In this document: positions 13,550 to 25,679 of the stretch, in pieces
How the letters are laid out: each line of letters starts with the position of its first letter
Position numbering within the stretch: the first letter of the stretch is position 1
From: Hypanus sabinus
Taxonomy: Eukaryota
NCBI RefSeq assembly: GCF_030144855.1
Contig: NC_082721.1
Coordinates: forward strand, 26,722,001 to 26,786,000
Length of the DNA: 64,000 nucleotides
Reading direction: 5' to 3'
The notes under the pieces: generated by a model
What the model saw: only the letters and a program-made list of their open reading frames with translations
Told to the model about the DNA's origin: nothing
Databases searched by the model: none
Program-made: the position numbers and the translations under genes

Positions 13550-15857
13550 TTATCCAAAGTTAATATAAAAGCCACAGAGAGGGCATATACTGTAATAGAG
13601 CAAAAATTAGTGGGAAGTTAAGGGATTGGGAAACTTTTAAAAACTAACAGAAGGCAACTAAAAAAGTAAAGATGGAATATGAACGTAAGCTAGCCAATAA
13701 TATTAAAGAGGATATCATAAGTTTCTACAGATACACAAAGTGTAAAAGAGAGGCGAGAGTGTATATCAGACAGCTGGAAAATGATGCTGGAGAGGTAGTA
13801 ATGGGGGACAACAAAATGGCGGATGAATTTTGTATCAGACTTGACAGTAGAAAACACTAGCAGTATGGTGGAAGTTCCAAGTGTCAGGGGTCATGAAGTG
13901 TTCGAATTTACCATAATTTGAGAGAAGTCTTTTGGGAAACTGAAAGGTCTGAAGGTAGATAAGTCACCTGGACCAGATGGCACACACCCCGGGGTTCTGA
14001 AAGAGGTGGCTGAAGAGATTATGGAGGCATTAGTGATGATCTTTCAAGAATCATTAGATTCTGGAATGGTTCCGGGAGACTGGAAAATTGCAAATGTCAC
14101 TCCACTCTTCAAGAAGGGAGAGAGGCAGAAGAAAGGAAATTATAGGGCAATTAGTCTGACCTCAGAGGCTGGGAAGATGTTGGAGTCAATTATCAAGGAT
14201 GAAGTGTCAGGGTACTTGGAGGCCCATGATAAAACAGACTGCAGTCAGCATGGTTTCCTCAAGGGAAAATCTTGCCTGACAAATCTCCTTGGAAATTTTT
14301 GAAGAAATAACAAGCAGAATAGACAAGGGAGAATTGGTTGATGTGTACTTGGATTTTCAGAAGGCCTTTGACAAGGTGCCACACAAGAGGCTGCTTAACA
14401 AGCTACAAGCCCACGGTATTACAGGAAAGATTCTAGCATGGATAAAGCCGTGGCTGATTGGCTGGAGGCAAAGAGTAGGAATAAAGGGAGCCTTTTCTAG
14501 CTAGCTGCCTGTGAATAGTGATGTTCCACAGCGGTCTGTTTTGGGACCGATTCTTCTTAAATTATATGTCAATGATTTGGATGATGGAATTGATGGCTTT
14601 GTTGCAAAGTTTTCAGATGATATGAAGTTAGTTGGAAGGAAAGGCAGTTTTGAGGAAGTAGAGAGGCTACAGAAGGACTTAGATTAGGAGGATGGGCAAA
14701 GAAATGGCAGGAGGAATACAGTGTATGGGCTTGCACTTTGGTAGAAGAAATGAAAGAATTAACTATTTTATAAAAAGAGAGAAAATACAAAATATTGAGG
14801 TGCAAAGGGACTTGGGAATCCTTACACAAACAAGAGAAAATCTGCAGATGCTGGAAATCCAAGCAACAGACACAAAATGCTGGAGGGACTCAGCAGACCA
14901 GGCAGCATCTATGAAAAAGAGTAGAGTCGACGTTTTGGGCCGAGATCTTTCAGCAGGACTGGAGAAGAAAAGCTGAGCAGTAGAGTTAAAAGGTGGAGGG
15001 AGGGGAGGGAGAAACACCGGGTGATAGGTGAAACTGGGAGGTGGGGGGAGGGATGAAGTAAAGAGCTGGGAAGTTGATTGGTGAAAGAGACACAGGGCTG
15101 GAGAAGGGGGAATCTAATAGGAGAGGACTGAAGGCCATGGAAGAAAGAAAAGGGGGAAGGAGCACCAGAGGGAGGCAAGGAGATAAAGTTAGAGAGGGAA
15201 AGAGGATGGGGAATGGGGAAGGAGAGGGGGGCCATTACCAGAGGTTTGAGAAATTGATGTTCCTGTCATCAGGTTAGAGTCCGAATACAGGATTCCCGGA
15301 AGGTTAATTTGCAGGCTGAGTACGTGGTGAAGAAGGAAAATGCAATGTTAGTATTCATTTCAAGAGGACGAGAATATAAAAGCAAGGATGTAATGTTGAG
15401 ACTTTATAAAGCACTGGTGAAGCCTCACAGAGTATTGTGAGCAGTTTTGCACCCCCTATCTTAGAAAGGATGTGCTGAAATTGGAGAGGGTTCAAAGGAG
15501 GTTCACAAAAATGATTTCAGGATTGAATGGCTTGTCATATGAAGAACGTTTGATGACCAGAGGACACAGCCTCAGAATAGAGGGGTGACCTTTTAGATTG
15601 GAGATGAGGTGGAATTTCTTTAACCAGAGAGTGGTGAATCTATGGAATTCTTTGCCACAGGCAACTGTGGAGGGCAAGTTTTTATGCATATTTAAGGCAG
15701 AGGTTGATAGATTCTTGATTGGTCAGGGTATGAAGGGATACGGGGAGAAGAGAGGAGATTGGGACTGTGAGGAATATTTGATCAGCCATGATGAAATGGC
15801 GGGGCGGACTCGATGGACCAAATAGCCTAATTCTGCTCCTATATCTTATGGTCTTAG
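13550..15857 (+). mobile_element. Decayed CR1 LINE with an internal deletion, interrupted by a PLE
   Basis: DWKIANVTPLFKKG, QHGFLKGKSCLTNL and YLDFQKAFDKVPH fragments; CR1 3' end TCTTATGGTCTTA. Confidence 0.9.
14826..15280 (-). mobile_element. PLE 3'/pseudo-LTR fragment nested in a CR1 LINE
   Basis: Same terminal sequence as 16709 onward (GAAAATCTGCAGATGCTGG...CACAAAATGCTGG); decayed hammerhead at 14925-14960. CR1 sequence resumes after it. Confidence 0.8.
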
Positions 15858-16802
15858 GTCCGAAGCTGCGTTACCCTGGCAAAATCAAAACTAGAGATCA
15901 GCAAGCAGCTCACAGTAACTTGGGAGCACTGTTAATACTTTCAACACTTTGGTAACGATGGAATGATTGATGCCACTATTGTGACTGTCCTGCAACAACT
16001 TGGCTGGAGAGACAACTTGTTGAGGAATACAGATTGTTGTTGTTACAGATGGGCTGTTGTCTGGCCACATAGGCTGTGCTACGACTACGTTATCAGCTAC
16101 TTTCTTTACATCAGCATGACTGTGCCTCTGCAGATCACCACTTAGGTATTAATATGATCTCATTGATACAACAATATTCATTTAGGACATTAATACTAAT
16201 GTTTTAATACTGGGAAATTTAAACTGGATCACCAGTTGAACTAGAACATTGTTACTCAGGTGCTGATACAGAACATTAAAGATGGGATGGTCATTGGAGT
16301 TTTAACATTATGTCTGTATCACTGCAGGACTAATTTTGGGAAGTGCTATTTCAGCATTAGTTCAGAGGCATAATAGGAGTGTCAATACTTGGAAATTCTT
16401 ACCAAAGCTACACTAGCATATTGTTACTAGAGGATTAACACTTAGTGGATGTTAGCGATTCTTGAACACTGAGGCACAGTTTGATACATTAATGTGGGCA
16501 TTTAATTCAGGAGCATTCACACAGAAGCCTTATAATTGGGATTGTACCACACTAACATTAACATTGTGCATTTTATTTTATTTCTATTTTATCACTGAAA
16601 TAGTGAGGACAGTGTTATTTCAGCTCTATTATTGTGGCAATATTACTGGAGCATTAATACTAGAACATTAATACTGCTAAGGCATTGATACTGCATTTAT
16701 ATTATTGCAAACATGAGGAAATCTGCAGATGCTGGAAATTCAAGCACACACAAAATGTTGGTGGAATGCAGCAGGTCAGGCAGCATCTATAGGAAGAAGT
16801 AC

Positions 16803-16838
16803 AGTCGATGTTTCAGGCTGAGACCCTTCGTCAGGACT
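16803..16838 (-). ncRNA. Minimal hammerhead motif, opposite pseudo-LTR
   Basis: AGUC-CUGACGA-A-GGG(UCUCAG)CCU-GAAA-C-AUC-GACU; stem I intact, stem III hit by CpG-type decay. Confidence 0.7.
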
Positions 16839-17708
16839 AACTGAAAGAAGAGATAGTAAGCGATTTGAAAGTGGGAGGGGGAGGGGGAGATCCAAAATGA
16901 AAGGAGAAGACAGAAGGGGGAGGGATGAAGCAAAGAGCTAGAAAGTTGATTAGCAAAAGGGATACACAGCTGGAGAGGGAGAGGATTATGGTACCGGAGG
17001 CCTAGGGAGAAAGGGGGATGGGAGCATCAGAGGGAGATGGAGAGCAGGCAAGGAGTGATTGAGAGAGGGACAGAGAGAGAAAAGAAAAAAAAGGGGGGGA
17101 AATAAGTAAATACATACATATATACATAAGGGATGGGGTAAGAAGGAGGGGAGGGACATTAATGGAAGTTAGAGAAATCAGTGTTAATGCCATCATGTTG
17201 GAGGCTACCTAGATGGAATATAAGGTGTTGTTCCTCCAACCTGAGTGTGGCTTCATCTTGACAGTAGAGGAGGCCATGGATAGACATATCAGAATGGGAA
17301 TGGGACGTGGAATTAAAATGTGTGGCCACTGGGAGATCCTGCTTTCCCTGGTGGATAGAGAATAGATGTTCAGCAAAACAGTCTCTCAGTCTGCGTCGGG
17401 TCTCATCAATATAAAGAAGGCTGCACTGGGAGCACCGGATGCAGAATATCACACCAGCCGACTCACAGGTGAAGTGTCGCCTCACCTGGAAGGACTGTCT
17501 GGGACCCTGAATGGTGGTGAGGGAGGAAGTGTAAGGGCAGGTGTAGCACTTGTTCAGCTTGCAAGGGTAAGTGCCAACTGTGTATCCCTTTTGCCAATCA
17601 ACTTTCCAGCTCTTAGCTTCTTCCCTCCCCCTCCTGTCTTCTCCTATCATTTCAGATCTCCCCCTTCCCCACCCACTTTCAAATCTCTTACTATCTCTCC
17701 TTTCAGTT

Positions 17709-17745
17709 AGTCCTGACGAAGGGTCTCGGCCCGAAATGTCAACTG
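17709..17745 (+). ncRNA. Minimal type I hammerhead ribozyme motif in PLE pseudo-LTR
   Basis: AGUC-CUGACGA-A-GGG(UCUCGG)CCC-GAAA-U-GUC-AACU: intact CUGANGA and GAAA cores, stem II, GUC cleavage triplet. Confidence 0.75.
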
Positions 17746-18274
17746 TACTTCTTCCTATAGATGCTACCTGGCTGCTGTGTTCCACCAACATTTTGTGTGT
17801 GTTGTTTATATTACTGCCATAGGATTTAGAACACCATAATAAGGACGCCATTACCCGGCCACTACAGTATCACCAACAGAGCATTACAGGAGGGACACTG
17901 TACCTGCAACACCATTCATCACAGACTGGAGGCCATGACAAGCAGAGGTGCCCTAGTGGTCAGTGCTGGGATCTCTGTTATTCATTGTTCATGAAATGAT
18001 TTGGTTACAGATGTACATGGCACGGTTAGCAAGTTTGCTGATGGTACCACATTGGGACAGAGTCTTATTGATAGTGAAGCAGATGACAATGAATTGCAAA
18101 GAGATCTTGAACACTCAGGGAGATGGGCTGACAAGAGGAAAATGGATTTCAACTTAGATAAGTGTGAGGTGATGCGTTCTGGACTGTCAAACCAGGCTAG
18201 GATTTATATAGTGAATAGCTGGGCATGGACGAGAGTTGTGGAATAGAGGAACTGGATGTATAGCCAGATTACAC

Positions 18275-19630
18275 AAGGTGCTGGGGATCTTGTTCGGGGG
18301 GTGGGGGCGTGCGAGGCGTGCAATAAGAATTGGCTGGAGTAATTAGCTGCCAAGGTAAGACAGAAACTGGGTCTGGGGGAGGGCACTCCTTATCGATAAT
18401 GGGCAGAACCTGGTCATCAGGTGTGAGGTGCTCTCAGGGCTGCTGTACTTGGCGCAAGTGTGTTCCGTCCCCCGCTCCTTCAGCTCGGAAATCACCCGAG
18501 CCGTCTTCAGATTCGTCTGGGGATCCAAGATGGAGTGGGTCAGACGGGCCACCATGCACAAGTCTGTGGACTATGGGGGCAAAAGCATTCCCAATGTTGC
18601 CCTCACCCTGATGGTCAGCTTCGTGTGTGGCTACATCAGGCTGTGTGTGGATCCCAGGTATGTGGGCACCAAGTACCACTACGTGCCCAGGTTCTACCCG
18701 TTGCCCTGGCTACGAAGAATGGGTCTGGCCCCTTTCCCCCACAACAACCCAGCCAGCTAGTTGTTGCTGCACTAACTGCCCTTCATGGAGAAAGTTCTTC
18801 CAGGACAACGCCTTTGACCACAGGGCTATCAGGCAGTGGTTGGCACGGAATGTCCTGCAGACACTGCAGGAGAAGGATGAGATGGACACAGTGGGGCGGT
18901 TCCCTGAGCAGACTGTCCAGGTCATCTGGCAAAATTCCTCATCGCCAGACCTCACCAACAGGCACCAAGACCTTGCCTGGCTGGCGGTGAGAGGGGCCTC
19001 CCAGTTAGATCCCTCCTGTACGCCCGGGATGTCGTCTCCACACCCCTCTGCCCACAGGAGGACTGCAGAGAGGAGGAGTCAGTAACCCAACTCTTTGCAC
19101 ACTCTAGGTTTGCGGAGAAGGTGGAGGTGGATGGAAGGGACAGTGTCAAGATTCATCCCCAGCAGCTGCGTAACAGAGGACTCTGTTTCCAGGGACACAC
19201 ACAGAGACCAACATCCGGTGCTGCTGGCAGATCATCAACTCGGTGAAAGATGCTCTTTGGTCGGCCTGAAAATTGATGGTCTACCAGCACACGGAGATAT
19301 CCATGGGAGAATGCTGCCGGCTGGCACATTCTTGGCTGCAGGAGTACGTACTGAGGGACGCACTCAAACTTGGTGCAGCCACTGCAAGGTCCTGGTGGGA
19401 AAGAACCACAGTCTAGGGTTCTTCTCCTGCGGGAGTGGGAGGGGTCAGGTGGTGGGGAGTATACCCCACAACAATGGTTATACAATGTGAATTGGTAGAG
19501 CACCACATGAGTGGCTGAAATTGTTGAACTGTACAGAATGTAATGGTAATATCTGTAAAGTAGCCAGAGTTATTGAATAGTTTATTGTAAATAATTTATT
19601 GTGAATAAAGTATATTTTGTTAAAAAAAAA
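18275..19630 (+). mobile_element. L1/Tx1-clade LINE 3' fragment with poly(A), nested in a CR1 remnant (about 17930-20720)
   Basis: LLYLAQV...ITRAVFRFVWGSKMEWVRRATMHKSVDYGGKSIPN, HQDLAWLAVRGA and a degenerate zinc knuckle. AATAAA plus A-tail at about 19604-19630; CR1 sequence continues on both sides. Confidence 0.85.
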
Positions 19631-21136
19631 TACACAGCTCACTGAAAACAGCCACACTAGAAGACAGAGTGTTGTGGAAAGTGTTTAAATGCTGGCTGGC
19701 CTTCATCAGTCAGGTCACTGAGTTTAGGAGTTATGCCACAGGCACATAATTCAAAGTTCAAAGTAAATTTATTCTCCAAGTACACCATATACTACCTTGA
19801 GATTAATTTTTTACAGGCATTCACAGTAAAACAAAGAATGACAACAGGCTCGATGAAAAAATACACAAAGGCTGAGAATGACAAACAGCAAATAAGCAAA
19901 AGAAGGCAAAGTCAACAAGTAAAAAAAAAGTAAATAAATTATCCTGAGAACATGAGTTGTAGAGACCTTGAAAATGAGTTACACGGTGAGGCTGCACTTG
20001 GAGTACTGTGTACAGTTTCAGTCACCCTGTTATAGAAAAGACATTGTCAATCTGGAGAGGATGCAGGAGAGATTCATGAGCATGCTCTCTGAACTATAGT
20101 TCCCGAGTTATAGGAACTATAACAGGCTGGACCTTTACTCCCTGGAGCACAAGAGAAGGAGGGGTGACCACATAGGAATTTGTGAAATCATGGGGGGGGG
20201 GGGATTCAATGTTTCAATGGTTCAATTTAATATTAGAGAACATATACAGTAGACTACCTGAAATTCTTATTCTTCACAGACATCAATGAAACAGAGCAAA
20301 GGAAAAAAACAAAGAATGAATGACAAAAACTTTAGAACCCCAATACCCCCCTTCTCCTCTCCCACACACAAACTGTAGCAGAAACATCAACTCTCCCCTG
20401 GTTAAGGCGGATGGTCATAATTTTTTCCCCAGGGATGGGACATCAAAAGCTAGAGGGTGCAGATCCGAGATAAGGGGAGAGGAAAAGTTTTAAAAGAAAT
20501 TTCTTTACACAGAGGTTAGTGAGCACCTGCAATGAGTGCTTGAGGAAGTGGCCAAAAGGTACAAATGCAACATTTAAAAGGCATCTGGATGAGAACATAT
20601 GGGGAAGGAGCTCGAAGGACTATGGGTTTAACACAGGCTATTTGGACTATCTGGGACGATGTGGTCAGCATGAATCAGATGGTCCAAAGGGCCTGATTTC
20701 ATGCTATGTTTCTCTATAATCCTAATCATAATTTACAACATCTCTAGCATTAGTTGGTTTTATTTGACATTTCTTATTTTTGCATTTCTTTCTTTGTAAT
20801 TATTCAATTGAAGAGATCACAATGGGTGTTGGAATAGATGAAGAGAAACTCAACCTGGAACTATGGGATACAATCTATATATAAAAGATTAACCTTCAGA
20901 ATTGTTTCCTAACACGCCTACATGCAGAGGCTTGTAGAGACTTGGAACGCTTTGCTCCAAATGAACAGAAAGTGGATTACTCTGAGGGCAACATTATTTC
21001 TGACCAAACCCACGTTTCTCTTGCGTAGATTGTAGCTGTTGCAGTCAGCCAAACCACAGCTTGAAACATCCTGGAATGTGACGATGTTTCAGACTGTAGT
21101 TTGTCTGGCTGTGCCAGCCAAGGGACAAGAATTATA

Positions 21137-21342
21137 CTGGTGCCCCCCCCCCTTTACAAAGGTAGAGCATTCCTCTGAAACCTTTCTTAAGCCGAAATGG
21201 CGTAAAGCGAAGAACCATTAACTTATATGGGAACAATTTTTGTAAAAGCGAAAATCCTCTTTGTAATGTGAAAACAGGTTATGTAGGTCTTCTGTAAAAG
21301 CGAAGCGGTGTAAAGCGAACGTTCATAAAGCGGGGACACCTG
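21137..21342. mobile_element. Tc1/mariner Tigger/pogo-like MITE
   Basis: Imperfect TIRs CTGGTGCCCC...CTTTAC and ATAAAGCGGGGACACCTG, flanked by TA on both sides; internal TAAAGCGAA repeats. Confidence 0.7.
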
Positions 21343-21443
21343 TACTCCACCTACAAAAAATGTATGTCAGAAGGGATTCTGATACAGAATCTGTAGATCG
21401 TTGATTAATGAAAGTTAAAATCTTTACACAACCATGATACAAG

Positions 21444-21974
21444 TGTAATACTCGGGTTCGGTGGGCTGTGTAAGTCTAGGGAAAGCAATCTCTGGCTCCC
21501 ACCAAGCTACCCAAAACCTGTCTGTGTGGATGCTGCGTGAGTGGATACCCTGTTACAAATCAGCACCACAATTTAACAGACAGTACACCATAAACAATTA
21601 AATGATTTAGCTTTATAATTCTTAATTTTGTCTAAAGGGTTAGTAAAGAAAAAGCAAAAAAAAAGAAATGAAACAATCTAACGAGCTCACGGTTTCCCCT
21701 TCACCGATCCTCCTTAAATCTCCCCGGCCTTCGTCGGATCATGGCTCCGCTCCAGTCGAGTCCTACGACCTCCTCTCTCTGGCGTCTTCCCCCTTCATCT
21801 CCCATCAAACAAAAGACCCAGATCACCCCGGTGTCAGGCACACAGGACAATAACAAACTCCCGTTATTGGCCGGTTCACGTTCCAAAGCACCCGTTATCT
21901 CTAACCATCTTCCAAACACTGCTTCTACAGAAAGACCATGACATTAGCAGTGAAACCTTTCACAGGGTGTTATA
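21444..21974. mobile_element. Solo LTR
   Basis: Ends TGTAATAC...GTGTTATA (decayed TG..CA inverted termini) with 4-bp TSD CAAG at 21440-21443 and 21975-21978. Confidence 0.7.
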
Positions 21975-23492
21975 CAAGAATACAGTAAACCTCCTGGAAT
22001 CAGGAAGTATGAAATAGGATTAAATTACATTTTTCAAGACTTTCGAAAAAATTGAGAGGAAGGAAGTTATGAGGGGTCATGAGGTAAGTGCCACTGATTA
22101 AACTGAGAAAGCAAAGAGAGCAAGAAGCTGGCAGTTATGACTAACAGAGGAGAGGAGGATATTCTGCCTTTTGAGGCAGTTCTTCTTTTCATCCGCAACA
22201 TTACTCCATTTATTTTATTTATTAGGATCTCTGCTTCATTGTTAAAGGCCTGCATTTATTGCCCATGAGTGGCTGGAGTCATTAAAAAGCCTGTCTGGAA
22301 ATGACGGACAAGATTCCAGTAGTGCTGTGCTCATTATTGCTCATGGCTAGCATTTGTTTTGAAATGCCAGATTATGCACACAAGGCTGTGTGAATCTCAG
22401 GGCTATATGTAGTGACAAATGTACTTTAATAATAAACTTAATTTGAACTTTATTAATGGAATTCAAATTTTGCAATGGCTATGATGGTTTTTGAGATTGG
22501 CTACCTGTTAGTCTAGGCCTCTTAATATCTAGTCTTCTAACCTAGCCACAATCTTTCCTCCAAATCCTTTCATTCTTTTGTTTAAAAGTAACAATCAACT
22601 TCAGGCATATAATTAATGGTGGATTTGGCATCAATAACTGTTTAGAAAGATATTTCTGAGCTTTGGTCTTTGATGTGTTTCCAAGGTTCATTCTTGGAAA
22701 CCTGGTTCTAATTTTTGGACTTGCTCACTGATCCCAGATTTCCCAAATAGTAGAGATTATTTCTCTTTTCTTTAATTTTACATTTTTGTAAACCCAAGTC
22801 TAATTACGCCTCGACTTTAAAAATTCCGTGGAAAACAATTCAGTTTCTGTAAGCTCCTCAAGCAACAGTTTGTGTCCAAGTATAATTTCGGTAAATTTAT
22901 GTTGTGCTCCCACCAAGGATAATTTTTTCCTTCCTCAGATGTGGTGACCAGAATTGCTCACGAAGCTCCAGGCGTGGTCTAATCGTGGTTTTCTACATTT
23001 TCCATTTCATGGCACTCCAGCCCTCTAAACACAAAGACCATCATTCCAATGGCCTTTTAGCTTCTTGCACCTGTGTCATTTCAATGCGTCAAGAGAAAGG
23101 GGAGCAAAAGTAGGCCGCTTTCTTCCTTCAGCCTGCTCTGACATTCAGCTTCAACACCATTTTCTGCCCTATCTATCCAAATGTTTATTTATTAAATATT
23201 TTTAAAAAACTATGGATTTTAATAAACTCAGTGACTGAGCCTTCACATCCCTCTGAATTCCAAAGATTCACTCCCCTCTGAGATAAGAAAATACACCTCA
23301 TCTTAATATTAAATGGCCTACCCTCACTTTGGGACTGTGACTCCTTGTTTTAGACCCACAACCTGTCTGACCCATCCTATCAAATTTTTTAGGACTTTTA
23401 TATTTTTCAAGTAAGTCATCTGTTACTCCGCTAAACTCTGTAGAACAGATGCCTAACCTGCTCAGTTTCTCCTGATATAACAGAAATTACAT

Positions 23493-23860
23493 ACATGAAC
23501 ATTGACTTCTTGAATTTCCAGTAATGGCACCCCCCATTCATTGTTCCCCATCCCCTTTTCCCTCTCTCACCTTATTTCCTTGCCCACCCATTGCTTCCTT
23601 CTGTTGCTCCCCCACTTTTCTTTCTCCCATGGCCTTCTGTCCTCTCCTATCAGATTCCCCATTTCTCCAGCCCTGTATCTCTTTCACCAATCAACTCCCC
23701 AGCTCATTATTTCACCCCTCCCTTCACCTTTTAACTCTATTCCTCATCTTTTTTTTCCTCCAGTCCTGCTGAAGGCTCTCGGCCCGAAACGTCGACTGTG
23801 CTCTTTTCCATTGATACTGCCTGGCCTGCTGAGTTCCTCCAGCATTTTGCGCGTGTTGCT
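23493..23860 (+). mobile_element. PLE pseudo-LTR fragment
   Basis: Reverse-complement homolog of 14860-15270; includes the end of the ORF and a hammerhead motif. Confidence 0.8.
23761..23798 (+). ncRNA. Hammerhead motif variant (CUGCUGA core) in PLE fragment
   Basis: CAGUC-CUGCUGA-A-GGC(UCUCGG)CCC-GAAA-C-GUC-GACUG; perfect 5-bp stem I. Confidence 0.6.
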
Positions 23861-24354
23861 GACATACCAGGAACAAATCTGATGAATCTTCTCTCTAAAG
23901 TAACAATGTCTTTTTTTTTCAGGTTACAGGACCAAAATTGTACGCAGTACTCAGGTGTGGTCTCACCAAGGTGCCGTACAATTGTAGTAGTTCATCCTTA
24001 TTCTGTTTCTCAAATCCTCTTCAATAAAGACCAGCATTTGTTTTCAGTTGCCTGTTGCATCTTCATGTTGGTTTATCAGCAACTTGCATGCAAGAACATA
24101 ATATGTTCACTTTGGACATTAACTCTTTCCACTCCTTTTACTATTCAGAAAATATTCAACCTTTCAGTTTTGCCATGGATGAGGGTTTAAATTATCCTGC
24201 ATTCATCCACTGGCCAAACTTGATGTTCACCCCCAATGGGTTAGGATGTCATTATGCAGGAAGAGGGAAAATAGTTCCTCTAGTGTTGTCAGTCTTTTTC
24301 CTGGAGATTCAGTGTCACTGGACCCTGCCACCTTGGAATGCCCCACACCTTCAT

Positions 24355-25130
24355 TAATCAGAATCAGAACTAGATTTAGTATCACTGGCATATGTCGTGA
24401 AATTTGTTGTTTTGCTACAGCAGTACATTGTAATGTATAATAATAAAATCTATAAATTATTATAATTAGTATGTGCATATATAAAACAGAGAAAATTAGA
24501 TTAAACGGCAGTGCATAGAGAGGAAACAAAATATTGAGGAAGTGTTCAGGGTTTATTGACCATTCAGAAATCTGATGGTGGAGGGGAAGAAGCTGTTCCT
24601 GAATTGTTGAGTGTGTGTCTTCAGGCCCCTGTACTCCTCCTTGATAGTAGCAATGAGAAGAGAGCATGACCTGAGTGACGAGGTCCTTAATGTTGGATGT
24701 AGCCTCCTTGAGGCATTGCCTTATGAAGGAGTCCTGCATGTTGGGGAGGCTAGTGCTGTCATTGGCTGAGTTTACAACTTTCTGCAGCTTTTTCTGACCC
24801 TGTGCAATGGCCCCTCCATAGCAGACAGTGATGCAACCAGTTAGAATGCTTTCATGGTGTGTCTGTAGAAATTTGCCAGTATCTTACTAATTCCCCTGAA
24901 ACTCCTAATGAAATATAGCCGCTGCCATGCCTTCTTTGTAATTGGATCAATATGTTAGGCCTAGGATAGATCCTCAGAGAGGGTGACAGCCAGGAATTTG
25001 CAACTGCTCACCCCTTCCTCTTCTGACCCCTTGATGAGGACTGGTGTGTGTTTCCTCAACTTCCCCCTCCTGAAGTCCACAATCAATTCCTTGGTCTTAC
25101 CGACACTGAATGCAAGGTTGTTGCTCTGAC
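24355..25130 (-). mobile_element. Rex1/Babar-type LINE 3' fragment
   Basis: (AATCAG)n tail; homologous to the copies at about 38870-39150 (+) and 6180-6590 (-). Confidence 0.7.
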
Positions 25131-25679
25131 ACCACTCCATTTCCGCTCCACTCGCCTTTCTTGGAATCCATCTCTATTAATTCTTTATCTTATTTGGAGT
25201 GGGAGGGTGTTCTAGGTATCGTCATATACTTACGTGTGCCGGCTGAGAGTGAACTGGGCCAGGTGCTCAGGGCTGGGAGCTTGTCTAGAATTGTGTATGT
25301 GTGGGAGTGGAGGGGCTTGGGAGTCAGTATGGTGTTGCTTTCGGTCAGGGGATGGGTGCTTGGATGTTCAGTGGTTATGGGGGCATTTCCCAGGGTTGAT
25401 GGGGGTGTTTTTGTTGAGGGGTGGTGTTAGTATTAGGGATAGGGCAGTGGGATGGAGATGGGGTCTGGGAAAGAAGGGGCTGGAGGACAGAGGGGAGCTA
25501 GAGGAGAGAGGGATGAGGGAGAAGAGAGGGGGTCTGGAAGGGAGACAGTTTCTGGAAGAGAGACAGGGGGCTGGAGGAGAGAAGGGACTGAACTAAAGTA
25601 AAGGGAATTACAGAGGCCTGAGAGAAGAGCTGGTAACAGTTGATTGGAAGGGGACACTAGCAGGGATGATGGCAGACAG

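Larger units (their letters stand above)
16709..17804 (-). mobile_element. Penelope-like retroelement (PLE): GIY-YIG endonuclease fragment between inverted pseudo-LTRs, 13-bp TSD
   Basis: ORF 17159-17851 has the PLE Cys motif and GIY-YIG domain (CYTCPY...FTCESAGVIFCIRCSQCSLLYIDETRRRLRDCFAEH...VATHFN). About 16741-16972 is the reverse complement of about 17576-17804. Flanks TTTATATTATTGC (16696-16708) and TTTATATTACTGC (17805-17817). Confidence 0.9.

Noticed and set aside
12849-14410. Inverted CR1 pair as a functional hairpin
   Set aside because: Two diverged copies of an abundant family in intergenic DNA; expected by chance at this repeat density.
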